This document shows positions 26,026 through 39,775 of a stretch of DNA of 64,000 nucleotides, in pieces. Source of the stretch: Octopus vulgaris (taxonomy: Eukaryota); NCBI GenBank assembly GCA_951406725.2, contig OX597814.1, positions 41,416,001 through 41,480,000 of the forward strand. Reading direction: 5' to 3'. The notes beneath the pieces were generated by a model, which did not search any database, was not told the DNA's origin, and was given only the letters and a program-made list of their open reading frames with translations. Both the position numbers and the translations under genes were made by a program. Position 1 is the stretch's first letter. Every line of letters begins with the position of its first letter.

Positions 26026-26442
26026 ATGTATGTATGTATGCATGTATGTATATATAGGCATATGTACACAAATACAGATACATATATATTAATACTCACA
26101 CATGTATGTGTCTGTGTGTACATACAAGTATTTATATGCAAATTTGGAAGAGGGAAATGAGAGAGAGACACACACAGAGGGGCAGAGAGAGGGGTGGGCA
26201 CTCACTCTATGAGCAGCAAACAATGTTAACTGTTTACCTCAACCAACATTGACAGAGATGCATCAAATCATTAGGCTCCCGTATCCAGCCAAATCAATGT
26301 CTTGCCTAACCTCAAATATGTTTCGTTAACTACCTCTTTAACGTTAAAATTAATGTTTATAACATTATATGCACTTGCAATCATCCATTATAAAATCATA
26401 ACCTTTTACCTACGTGGTTAGCGCGAATGTATAATCGAGTTA

Positions 26443-26829
26443 CTGAGGCCCAATTGCCCAGTGGTTAGGGCAGCGGACTCCCGGTCATAGGATCGCAGTT
26501 TCGATTCCCAGACCGGGCGTTGTGAGTGTTTATTGAGCGAAAACACCTAAAGCTCCACGAGGCTCCGGCAGGGGATGGTGGTGATCCCTGCTGTACTCTT
26601 TCACCACAACTCTCTCTCACTCTTACTTCCTGTTTCTGTTGTACCTGTATTTCAAAGGGCCGGCCTTGTCACTCTCTGTGTCACGCTGAATATCCCCGAA
26701 AACTACGTTAAGGGTACACGTGTCTGTGGAGTGCTCAGCCACTTACACGTTAATTTCACGAGCAGGCTGTTCCGTTGATTCGCATCAACCGGAACCCTCG
26801 TCGTCGTAACCGATGGAGTGCTTCCATCC
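26443..26829 (+). mobile_element. Young full-length tRNA-derived SINE (family 4) with 12-bp TSD
   Basis: tRNA-like head GAGGCCCAATTGCCCAGTGGTTAGGGCAGCGGACT...GTTTCGATTCCC; perfect TSD ATAATCGAGTTA at 26431-26442 and 26830-26841. Confidence 0.93.
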
Positions 26830-29419
26830 ATAATCGAGTTATAAATTAATTACTGTTTCCGTTGGTATTCGTTGTTATTTTTTCGACCATCTCGTTAAAT
26901 AAAAATTATTACGAGACCATGAAGCAATGCCATTTTGCAAATGCTAAACAACTGCTAAGAGAATTTACAAATATATCTACGGTGAACTGAGACGTTGCGA
27001 ATATTAGGAGGTATAAATCTCTTTTATATCATACATAACTCGTTGATATTTTTATCTTTAAAATTGGCCTCTGCATCATCATTCTTGGCAGCAGTGGATG
27101 AATTATATTAGCAATCGAGGTACATTATACGTTGTCACTGTGCCTATGAGAAATATCAATGCAACTTCATACAAATCAAAGAAGAATTCCTTTGTCATAG
27201 TAGTTGTTTATGCCACTAATATACGAAAATATTTCGACTGGGATTTTATTGATTGTAAGTGTGCTAGATCAACACTGATATAGGGCTGAACAATATTAAT
27301 CTCATTCAAAAAAGTCTATTCATCAACATTAATATAGTCGAGTGAATAAAGTAGACACTACGAAATCGATTCGACTTCTAGAAATAACAATCATTATTAA
27401 ATTGAAGGTTAGTGTAATATTTGTAATATTCTGAAAGAAAGAACGAATTTTTATGTGTAGGGTGTTTTCATAATAGTTTTATTTTCCCCCGGCCTGAGAA
27501 CGGATTATGACGTAAAATATATCAATAGCAGTTTATTCAAAAACCTCGTCAAAATTATTCCATCCAAAATGATATATCTATCATGATTGTACCAAAAATA
27601 ACAAGAACAATCGTCTTAGAAGTTTAACAGTGATATTTATATTGTCATTATTGTAATATTTAGTATCTTCTCCATAAAAAAAAAGTTCCATCAGTTCAAT
27701 CATTTTCCTCCATCCCAGTTTCATTAATAATATCATTCAGAATAATTCCACTTTATCAATGTCACAAGTAAATTCATTAATGTCATATCCTTTATTCTCA
27801 TCATTTTCATCACAATAATAATTGCCACCATAATCATTCCTTTCATTCTTCTTTTCTATGATGGCTAACATCACACACTACCACCTTGGTAATTAGTACA
27901 TCAACAACAACATCAATAATAAGATGGAAATGTAACAAACTGTGTCACGTATAGATATAAAAACCTCGCATTCTACATCCAGTGAGATTTCTAGATTGCA
28001 CCTGTTGCAGGCTAGTATTTTAATATTGGGAATAATGTGGATAATCCAAGTACACATGTTATTTTTCTTCACTCCATCAATTCCAGGAAAAATAAGTAAT
28101 GCCTCGGAAATCAGTAACATTACACTGTGGACTTTTATAACGTGTTTGAATAGATGAACGGTCTGATGATTTTGCAACCGTCGAGAGCCATCTATTATTA
28201 TTTTTATTATTGTTGTTGGTGGTTTTGATACAATAGCTTTTATGCAATGCTTCGCTCCAGTTTATTTTTGTGGTTCTTTTCATTATAAATAATCTATATA
28301 ATAACGATGCTGTACCTGTTAGTCTGTTTTTTTTTCTATGCTCTGTGTCTATGTAACATTTCGAAATATATTTGTCTAGACCTTATTTTCTTATCAATCC
28401 CAGGCCATCTATATAATTGAATTCGTTTCTATTTTCAAATTCTCCACATGCTGTTATTCGCTATTTCCAGGATTTTATACGTTGACAGATTCTCCAATTC
28501 GTTTTAGTATACGGTGATATCTGTTGGAATTCATAACATGATTAACAATTGCCAAATGGAACTGGTTGGTCGAATATGATTATTATATTTTATGTATTCA
28601 TCATTTTTACTATACATGGTTTGAGACTTACATAATATTTCAGTTTTGAACAAAGTAAATCGTAGAGACGTATATAGACGTTTTTATTTTTAATATAGCT
28701 AAAGAGATCGATCACCAATATAAATAAGTTCAACAAAGAAACGAACACAAAGTTAACATGAATGCTCACCAGCTGTGCTGGGTTTATAAAGGATACTCAA
28801 TGATAAATGTGGGAATGTTCTACTTGTGCTTTAGGTTCACATATTGCCATCTACTGAAATGAGCTTATGTCAAACATTACAGGTTACTTATTGTGATATT
28901 GTAAACAAGTGTACATCACTCAATCTGCCTCAATTAAAGACGAGTGACAGGTAATTTCTTAACTACCATATTCTTTTTCTTGAATCAAGATGTTCGTCTA
29001 AATAAATAGTCTTTCAACTTGAACGTGCACGACCTGAAGAAATTTCGTAGTTCTATGACATTTCATATGCTCTATTCCATTTGCCTGTATGTGCTATGAG
29101 GAGAGATATTGGACATACCGTGTCCTATCTGTCTACATGATAAATTCTATGATATCTTTACATACATATTTTCTATGAAACGCGAGGTATATATCAACGC
29201 CTGATATATTTTACTTAAAGATTTCAGGACGAAGTTTCAAGATTTATGCATCGCATGTATGCTGATTTATGGTACTTCAAAACTATTTTTGAAGATTGTT
29301 CTGTTAGCTTGACTTCTGACGTGTGATATCTAGATTTGCTCCACAGAAGTGACATGTATAATCAACCCTGTAGAAGACGTACGCATTTCTTTCAATATTC
29401 TTTTATTAAGGGAGCAAGC

Positions 29420-29595
29420 GGGTAGAACATATGCGAAGTTTTATCAGACGGTCAGGGAAGAAAAGAAGCGTAGTTATATCGTTTGGAGCAAAGATCTTCG
29501 TTAGGAACAAGGAGACGGACTAAATTCCAAGTGAACAAGAAGACGGGGGTAAGAAAAAAAAAACGATTCACATCTGGTTACATTTTGAAATGACC
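29420..29595 (-). mobile_element. Decayed copy of hammerhead-bearing family A
   Basis: Collinear with 6600-6770; core mutated to CTAACGAAGATCTTTGCTCCAAACG (29504-29480). Confidence 0.6.
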
Positions 29596-29659
29596 GGAAG
29601 GCAACGGGTGAAATAATGTTTCTTTCTATATAACAGGTGAGTGCAAGTGAAGGAGGTAT

Positions 29660-30010
29660 TTATGCATAACTGTGGCTATGTGCGTGCGGGTGTGTAATAG
29701 CATGTGTTTGTATGTGTGTTGTGTGTGGTGGTGTTTGTGTGGTGCTGGTTGTTTTTATGCGTTTGTTCGTGTGTGTATGCCCGTGTATGTGTAATTGTGT
29801 GCATGTATGCATGAGCGTGTGATGTGTGTGGGGGCGGGTTTTTATATGTGCGTCCCTGTGTGTGTGCGTGAATGTGCGTGGGTATATGTGTGCATGTGTG
29901 TGTGTAAGTACGTGTATATGTGTGTGCGCGTTGGGTTGTGTGTAGGCATATGTGCATTGCTGTGCGTGTGTCAGTGCGTTTGCGTGAGTGTATGTGAGTG
30001 TATGTGTGTG
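29660..30010. repeat. Degenerate (TG)n tract
   Basis: Directly visible. Confidence 0.9.
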
Positions 30011-30205
30011 TCTGTGTTTGTCCCCCCAACCTCGCTTGACAACTGATGCTAGTGTGTCTACGTCCCGTAACTTAGCGGTTCGGCAAACGAGACCGATAGA
30101 ATAAGTACTAGGCATACAAAGAATACGTCCCGGGATCGATTTGCTCGACTAAAAGTCGGAGTTCCAGCATGGCCGCTGTCAAATGACTGAAACATGTAAA
30201 AGAGT
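30010..30205 (+). mobile_element. 3' half of SINE family 2
   Basis: TTTGTCCCCCCAACCTCGCTTGACAACTGATGC...CCAGCATGGCCGCTGTCAAATGACTGAAAC. Confidence 0.9.
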
Positions 30206-30299
30206 ATATTAATCCATAACGTAATTCTTCCTGTACGCAAAATACCACGAAGATTTTCTCTTACCTGTTCTTATTTCATCTGAAAAATTGACTGGAAAT

Positions 30300-32200
30300 T
30301 TTATTAACTGATAACGTGTGAACAGCTTTTGTTCATGACTTGAGTCTAACTTGAGCCTTTGTTCTTTGAGTAACTGGATTGACAATAATTGACAGCAGAA
30401 GATTTTTGCTTATTAGGAAACTGATTCAATCTTCTGGAAGCATCTGATTCTCCCTTATATCGGCAATTTCGGTATTTTCCAAGATTTATCTTCTTAAACA
30501 GCTACATGACTTTGAATTGTCTTCTTTTTCTAGCAGTAAAATTCTACTACAATCATGAACAGCTTGGAAGATGTGCAGTGTAGATATTCTACAGCCTTAA
30601 TTGCGACACACAATTCAACATTATCCTCGTTTTTTAGAAAATGTGCATTGCATCGAAGTACGTAACGATTCTCAACATAAAATTCTCGAATCACTCTATA
30701 TTTGGAAGCTCTGTACAACCTACCCTTTGACAATGACAAATGTATTAGAGGTGAGACTAAATTCCTATTCATCCTAGAAACGAACTCTCAATGTCATAGA
30801 TTTATTGTGAAACAATTTCAGCAGTTGTGACTGCTTTGGTACAGCTGCAGCAAATGTTTGTCTTGATGTAATGTTCTTTTTTTTTTAATTATGCAAGAAT
30901 ACAGTGTGGAAAAGATTTCCTGAATTAATCAGAGGAAAGGAACGTGGATAAATTATGCTTTAGTTATATGCATTATCCTTAGTGTTTAATCGACCGGAGG
31001 CTTAGCAGTCAACCAAGCGCATCGGTCGCCACTCTTTTTGAATTTTACGACGAACCTACAGACAATAACACCGCCACCATCATCAAGACAGCCACTACCG
31101 TCACCGCCAACACCAACAATATCGACAACAGCCAAGAGAAGACCACTTACACCAGCATGACACGTGACAACTCCAACAAGTACAATAACGGCATCAGCAA
31201 GAAGAATAGCAGCAACAATAATATTAGAAACGAAACCAGCAGCAACAACAACGATAATATCATAACTTCTGTTCGTGATCAGCGATGCACGTATCGTCAA
31301 CCAACAAAGCACATGTTCAACTGGTTAAGGTCAAGCAACTGACAAGCAAATCTGTGGTATTGTGCAGAATATTTGCTGCAGCCTGTCTTTTATAGTTAAG
31401 ATCAGGAACCATGAGAGCCACTTTCTGGTACTGCATCGGGGCATTTTTTATTATTATTATCATTGTTGTTGTTGTTGTTGGGTATGAATAACATCTTTGA
31501 ATTTGATTTAGTGAGGTGATTTCAAACATACCTTCAAAATAATCTTAACTACGATTTACATGGGTGAAATTGTAATATTTTGCATTTTGCATCCTGTTCA
31601 AGGTTGGAAGACCTACCCATATGTAATATTTTTTTCAATCAATGCCTCATAGTTGTATTGGATTTCGTCTGTTTCATCTACTGTTACAGACTTGTACAGG
31701 TGTTTCTCCTCAATTATCTGATAGCATTGACCGGAACAAATTTAATATTCTTCAACCCTAAATAATTTGTCCCTTTTTAATGCAGCTTTGACATTCGTTT
31801 TCCTTATTATTATATTTTGGTTCAATTAGTGAACGTTTTATGGTAGAGTCGGCATCTGGCTTTCATCCTGTGCAAATAGTTGTAAGCCAGCTATAAATTC
31901 GTCCGAAGTATCCATAATAATGTTTGACTTCAGTCACAAAATGCATTAATGCAGTAAAAACTGATACAAAATACAGAGGCTCTCAAAGATTCCTTTTCTG
32001 ATAGATTAGTTATATGGCAGATTTTGAATTTGTTTTTGTACCACTGTGATATGGTCGCTTTCATTAGTGATGTAGCATGTTCAATATAGCATGTTTGTAT
32101 TGGAGCAGTTTTATTTATATGCAGTGTCTCCAATATCGAAGGAATTTTTAAGCTATCCGATATTTTTCGGTAATCAATTCATGTCATACTAATGATTTTT
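30300..32200 (-). mobile_element. Helitron RepHel remnant (N-terminus and Rep domain), decayed, interrupted by simple repeats
   Basis: VENRYVLRCNAHFLKNEDNVELCVAIKAVEYLH resembles DNRWVVPYNPxLxxxxxxHINVExCxSIKxVKYL. PMQYQKVALMVPDL...NTTDLLVSC resembles PRYMQQxYQDAMA...PDL...DRPDLxxRVF. The motifs are in the expected order. Confidence 0.7.
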
Positions 32201-33729
32201 TCTACTCTTGCTGCCTTCAATAATTGATCTGTTCTCTAGAATCAGCTATTTACAGCCAAGCAACACATTTCCGATACTGCTTGCGATTCTCTGATAAGAC
32301 GTTATTATTTTTTATCTGAACAGTTAGGACGCTATAAAGTAGAGATAGAAGGGTATTGTTTCAAAATATAAAAGTGAGTTACAAGGCCATATAGATTACG
32401 GTGTATGCATTATTACTACCATAAAAATGCAGCAGTGCAATTTTTTATACGTATATTCCCTTAACACCACATTCTCCCTTGTCTCAGTTGCGTATTTGCT
32501 TCTCCAAGTACATTCAAATAATTTGGTGGTATATATGTGCAGTATTCTGCTGACCTACTCTAAGTATGAGGTTCATATAAGTATTAAATATTACATGGAT
32601 ACAGTACCATTTCAACATTCCGAGCTCAAGTATCATAATGTACATTAGAAAACAACTTTTCTTGGGTCTAACGCCACATATGATCGTTTATCATGTATCA
32701 AAATATCACAGCGTGCTCCTGAACTGGACCCCGGTTCATTGCAATTTGCATTAAATATAACAAAATGTTTTTTTTTTCTAACTTCAACATTTGGTTTCTA
32801 ACCTCTCTACTTTTCTGTGGTTAATAAAGCGTTACAGAAAGCGTTACAGAAAGGTGAGTGACAGTGGCAAGAACGTTTAGGGTGAATAAATTTACAATAA
32901 ATAAGATACGGTAGATTGGAGATGAACAACTGAGCATTGATTCCTTTGTTATTTTATCTGATACCCAATCTGTGGCGTTCTCTGACTGGCTCTAGTGGTA
33001 AATTATCCTCTATCAAGAAGCATTTCTCTTCACTTTCCGTCCAGCTTCGTTTTATAAAAGCTGCCACGTGAAAGGCAATATAACATTGCAATATCAACAA
33101 CGTCAGATCCCCTGCGGCAAATAAGCGAATTTTCCACTCTACCACGCCCCCGTTTTGCTGCGGTGTGTGCAGCACTGTAAGTTAGTTTTTTTTGTCAGGA
33201 GAAAGCAAATTCTTCTCCGTATTGTATTGCGTTAGTCTGTTTTCTTAGGTATCCATTGGCAGTTTTTTTTTTTGGTTGAATTAGTGTTTTTATTGTGTAA
33301 TGTGTGTGTAATGCTAGTTGTTTTCTTCTGTTGGGTATGGGTGATTGATTATTTTATTGAATATTAATTTTACACAATGCGTCTTTTGTTTCTAAATTGT
33401 TTTGTTGGGGTCAAATTGATAGTGTCTTGAATAGGTTGTGAGGTGCCCCTAGCATGGCTACTTTTTGGATAGTGTGTAAAGTGTTGAAGGTCCAGATAAA
33501 TCTTCTACTTTTTTGTTCATATGATTTTTATTATACCAAATCATCAGTTGTTACTGACATTGTTTTCATTTTCATGCCTCACATCTTGGCTACTTCATTT
33601 TCAAAACGTTTGTACTTTCAAAATTTATCTTTCTTTTGGGGCAATATTTTGGCCATTAGGGACCGCAAAGACTATCATTAAGCAGGAGAATTTTTATAAT
33701 CCTTAATAATTATGTCTGGGCGATAAGCT

Positions 33730-34135
33730 TTTATTTCTTAGCCAGTGCTATCATCAGTGTTCGAAAGTACTACATCTTCAGTTGCTCTTTCATTACCTTT
33801 GCCTTTATATCGTTGAACTCTAGTACACTAAGGTATTTGTATCCTCTGTTTTAATTTGTTTAAACAAATTTGTTTAGACCGGTAATTCTATCCCTGCTAG
33901 GTATTGTATTTTGCTTCGTTTTAAATATGTTATTCCGCAATTCTTCAGGCCAAATTCCATTGTAATATTAGTACTAAAATATAGGACCGTATTCATGAAA
34001 TAATTCACGTGTGACTCATCCTTGGCGTACAGATTCATATAATCCATGAAGAGGAGGTGGCTGATCGTTTGCGATTTTTCGTTTCGTTGGTTACACAGGT
34101 TCATTTTCCTATTTTCCAAGGTTAGGGCTGTCAAG
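33730..34135 (-). mobile_element. R4/Dong-type LINE RT-core fragment
   Basis: ISHLLFMDYMNLYAKDE...FSTNITMEFGLKNCG...GIELP...KYLSVLE. Confidence 0.85.
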
Positions 34136-34152
34136 CAGAGAATAAATATTCT

Positions 34153-34305
34153 TGTTGTTGCTGTTGTTGTTGTTTTTGTTGTTGTTGTTGCTGTTCTTCT
34201 TCTTTTTCTTCTTCTTCTTCTTCTTCTTCTTCTTCTTCTTCTTCTTCTTCTTCTTCTTCTTCTTCTTCTTCTTCTTCTTCTTCTTCTTTTTCTGCTTCTT
34301 CTTCT
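34153..34305. repeat. (GTT)n/(CTT)n microsatellite
   Basis: Directly visible. Confidence 0.97.
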
Positions 34306-34314
34306 GTTTTTCTA

Positions 34315-35310
34315 GTTCTTAGTGAATTATGCACGCATCTACTGGTGTTGCAATATCTATAATCTTGGTTTCCCTTTTTCCTTTATCTACTACAAGAATA
34401 CCTCCGAGCGTCAATTACAGAATCGCATTGAACTGAAAGATCCCATATTGTCTTCTGTTACTTTTTCTCGGTAACTCCTTCTACTTCATCTTCGTACCAT
34501 TTCCGTACTTTGTTTAGGTAATACTTTCCATATAACTTGCACTGGACGAACTTAGCCACATTATCGTGCCTCCTATTGTAATGCTTTGGGGCTAGCTTCC
34601 TACACTCACTCACAATATGTGAGATTGTTTCGTTCCTGCTGCCACACATCTTACAACGGAGCGATTCGTTATTCTTATCTTTTTGGATCTTTGTGCAATT
34701 AGTTCCCAGAGATTTTTCCTGGGCGCTACATATCAATGCCACAGTGCATCCTTTCTCCAGGTGTTGATCTTGTCTTTTCCTTCGATTTCTCAGAGGTATT
34801 GCCCATTCAGTGGTTTCATCTTCCAGTTGTTTACGCTTTCTTTTTCATCTTCTTTCTCAAATGTTTAAAGACACATCAAATTATCTGTAAGTATTCTGTT
34901 GTTCATTCTAACAGCGGCAGCAAGGATACACTCTGCTGCTTGATTTACAATTCCAGACTGCTCCTCTTGTGGACGACACAAATCTTGCATCCTATGAGAC
35001 CTCCTCTTCACTTCTTTCTTGCCACATGCATTCTGTCAGTACTGCTTTTGGGTTATAGCTCCTTGTTAATTTTCATCACTTTTCTGCTTTTCCTGTTCAT
35101 TCACTCAAGTTTGTTATTGGTCCATCTAACAACACCTGCAGCATATCGCATTATGGTGTGTTCATTGCCCTGGTATTTTTCCCCTTTGAATCTACTGCCC
35201 ATAAGTAACTTGGTTTTTCTGAGATATTCTCGCCTAAAACTTTCTTTTATTTCACTTTCTTTGATTTTACTTTATTGTCCGCGTTTCGCTTCAGCTTGTA
35301 GAATATTAGT
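34315..35310 (-). mobile_element. R4/Dong-type LINE 3' fragment (thumb, CCHC, RLE)
   Basis: ALICSAQEKSLGTN...CKMCGSRNETISHIVSECRKLA...RRHDNVAK...KWYE and IWDLSVQCD. Confidence 0.9.
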
Positions 35311-35981
35311 TGGGCGATTTCCTTCAGGACACAGTCTTTTAAAAATAGGAGGATAACGAATGTAGGTACTCATAGGGAACATTTTTTTAATGAATATTTC
35401 ATTATCCTTATATTTTTTACTTGTAAGACTTGTTGCCTGCAATACGGGCAATATAATGAGTAACGAAGTAAAAGGAGTAATTTTACTTGAAGACGGTCAA
35501 AACCAGTGAGAATATATTTCCTCTTTCTTCGTCACTACAACATCAATCTTATAGTAACCTAATAGAGTATAATAATGACATGTGTACTTTAAAAGGGCAT
35601 AAATAACCTATATCGCTCTTAAAAAACACCCTAGGAGAGATAACATGAAGTTTGCAATTGAAGAAACAGAAGACATTTCTCTCACGTCGGTATTATGGTA
35701 ATGTCTTAATGCACCATTCTAGAGGTTGCATATCCATGTATTTTTGACCTTTTTACTTGCTAATTATTAGCTTTAAAATTATTATGAAATTCCGAGCTCT
35801 CATGAACAGCTATCCAGTTAAAAACTAGGCATTGCTTTCTTAGTCTTTTGCCTATGTTGTATTCCATTTAAAAGTCAAATTATTGAAGAAGATATATAAA
35901 TATATGTGTTTATATACTTAGGCATGTTTACCTGCATCACTAACTCTCTCGCTTTCTCTCTCTCCGTCTCTCACTGTCAAA

Positions 35982-36185
<204 letters not shown>

Positions 36186-39028
36186 GAGTTAATAATTAAT
36201 GCATTATTGACTTCAAAAGCAACGAAACCGATATCTAAGTACCTAAATTGACGTAAGCATGGAAAACTCGGTGTTCAGGACAATATGTCACAGTGTCACA
36301 GACGAAAATCTATTATATAATTATTCCTTGATTGACGTGACAGTGAAAGATAATTGAATTAATTATATTTCAGTATATTAAGCCATAGTATTTTTCTTTT
36401 CATTATTCAAATAGTTTGAAACTTTGTCGTATCAACAAAATACTATGACATGTAAACGACTTCATAATTATTGCAAACAAATATACAAGTGTTGAAGAAG
36501 CAGTATCTGGTTTATTATAATTTCATAGTTTCCTTCGTAGTTTTGTTTCAGCAGTAAAGTCTTTGAATGTATTGGAAACGCTTTCAACTTTCTTATATGC
36601 TGTTCAGTTTATGCTAAATTTGATTTAAGCTGAAAGATATATAACTGAGAAAACATGGTCTTTGATATAGAGTTGAGCCCTTCATTCATATTCTTTAAAT
36701 CTTTATGTTCTTTGCTTTATAAGATATATGACTATTACGTACATTTTTATCCATATATACTACTTCAATGAATTTAGTGTTCCAAAGAAAATATATACTT
36801 TGTGGGTGGAGTTATGTCGGCAGTGGATTAAACATGGGCGAAGGTATTCATGCACTATACAATATATCAAAGATGAATGTTGAAATTCATCTCATGTTTG
36901 CAATGATTTAGGGAATCATTTACAACTCGGTATGACTGGCCATAAAAATGATGTATGAATATATACGTGTAAAAGAAATGAAAGAATTTTGTTTTGTATT
37001 GAGGTCTGCATAAGTAATAAATAACCTTCTTTGGTGAAGTGAATAAAAGAATCTTCGGTGGTTTATATGCTTTTAAGTTTTTCAGACTATTAAAAGTTTT
37101 TTTTTTTTCAGTTGAATAAATTCACGTTCTCACTCCTTGAATGGTGGTATGAATTTGCGCACTATCTGAGATGCTCCAGTTCTAATGATAAGCGCTGCAT
37201 TTAAATATATCTAATGATTGAGTGTATTAAGAAGTAGATGAAAATGCCTTGACCTCTAGGGGTTGGATTCCTTGTCAATTCACAGACAATTTATATCTGG
37301 CAACTGGTTAGAAGAATAGGCAAATTTTAAAGACTAAATCATGACAATCTCACATTAACATATGTGAATACCTAGGAACACTTCTATAATATGTGTATGT
37401 GTTCTGCTGTAAACATGAGATGATAAATGCTTTTATGTATGGAAATTAAGTAAAGGGAAAGAATGAAAAATATCCGTGTACACAAACCTACACGCACACG
37501 CATAAATACACACATACACACAGAGACATAACGTACGCAGACGCACACACACGCACACACGTACACAGACGCACACACGCACACACATATATATATATAT
37601 ATATGTTTACATACATAATTAAAATGGTAAGATTTCAGAGGCTGTTGCAAATACAATTATTTATGCCATTTCATAGACTGGTGGAAAAACAGCTTAGAGT
37701 AAATTTAACGTACAATTCAATCTTACATTTTATGTATTGATATCCTCATAATCTGTGTCTCTAATACAGGAAAAACGTGCATTATGTATATTCGAAGATT
37801 ATTCAATGAGAAGCTAGGATGAGTGTATAGGCCTAATAATTTGATATCAGTTTTTGTATACGACTCTCAGCTATGTCTGTGAGGGAATACTTATGACTGA
37901 CACGTAATGGTCTTAGCAATACATTTCCGTTCGATATTTCCAGTGATACCAAAAGAAACATAAGGAAGTGATCTTCAAGTGATGACATTGGCAGGCGCTT
38001 CTTAACATATTTAAATAAAAATATAATTCACCTTTCAGTGTATTTTCCTACAAAATATTTAATACTTGGAATGGTTAATCGTATCACATGTTTAAAACGG
38101 AGATACAAATCTAAACCCCTTAAAAATCTGTAAAGCCTCCTATACATGCGTACATTTCTGGAATGATATGTTCTCTTTAAGAAATGTATCACACGGAAAA
38201 TTAAATATAGGTCACCAGACAGATCGTAAGCCTTTAATATCTTGTTTACACATTTTTGAGATTTGGTTATTTTAACGTTGGTCATCACACTTATCTTTTT
38301 CATCTTACGTTCTTCTTTATTATAAATATCCGGGACGTATCAAACCGCATCTGCTCAAGAAGTGATTGACAAAGTGCCTTGTTCTTTGTTTGAAAATTGC
38401 AAAACATATTACTCTTTAGGCCAGGAAAGCTTGGGTAGCTACATTTCACAAGAAATGTGTTTTATGTTTTTATTATATTATTTTTAATCTCTTAGGTGGT
38501 CGTGTGTTATTCTAATTGTTCATATCTAACCACATGATATATATATATATATACAGGCATAAGGAGTAAATATTCAAATGTGAATATTTATGTAGATATA
38601 ATTTTTAATGTTATTATTATCAGCGGTAAATGTAAATAATTGGTGATAATAATAATAACATCTATAATATAGGTGGTTGCAGGCATTAAATAGCGTTAGA
38701 TAGTGATAGCTTTAAAATGTATCTTAATCAAAGATCCACACGACTCACCTACCTGCTACAAATAGGAGTTAAAATCGCATGCAAACCAACGATAACAATG
38801 AAAAATACAGCAGAAATCAACAGAATTCGGGCCAACGGGTAAAGAATTTTGACATACCATGACAGCTAACTGCTCAATGCGCTGGGATTTGGATACTCTT
38901 GTACAATGATTTTTCAAATTCGTCATGTTGAAGTCTGCCGGCGTTCTGAATTGAAATCAGAACAGTTTCAATTTAAATATATTAATAATGAGTAAATATA
39001 TAAATGTGAAAATTTATATAGATATTAA

Positions 39029-39191
<163 letters not shown>

Positions 39192-39701
39192 GATATTATC
39201 ATTTGTAGTAAATATATAATAATTGATTATAACAATGACAAAAATATAGTAAGTTGCAGGCATTACAGAACAAGCATTCAATATTTCAGTGGTATTGGTG
39301 GTTTACCTGGGGCTCTAACTTCTATTTCTAGCAGGTAATCTCCGCTAGCAGGTAGACTGCCCTTTTTATATATACATAACACGTGAAGAAATCTATGTTA
39401 CAAACGAAAGCTCTATCTTTCCTGAGACATAAGGTTTACCGCTACTTAAACTGATGTGTTGCACGAGAACAGAGAATACTGCAATTTTAATCATCAGGAG
39501 AACGTCACCTACAGTTGGATTTTCTGTGCGCTTGGCAGTCAATATATACTGCAACTGGGGAGAAAACCCGCCCCTACCATCGCCATCATTTATCCAGCTC
39601 GGAAACTCCCAGATCACGTTATTGGGGCATCATTTTTGCCATTCCCGGTGATGAATACTCCTCTGCCAAACACAGTGGCCGCTCACATTCTGTAACACTT
39701 T

Positions 39702-39753
<52 letters not shown>

Positions 39754-39775
39754 TGTGTATATATATATATATATA

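Noticed and set aside
28149-28196. Hairpin AATAGATG...CATCTATT containing CTGATGA
   Set aside because: No GAAA box or stem II for a hammerhead, no D box for a snoRNA, and too few pairs for a pre-miRNA.
39393-39695. GC-richer patch with several overlapping 65-89 aa ORFs
   Set aside because: No frame gives a recognisable protein or a consistent exon.
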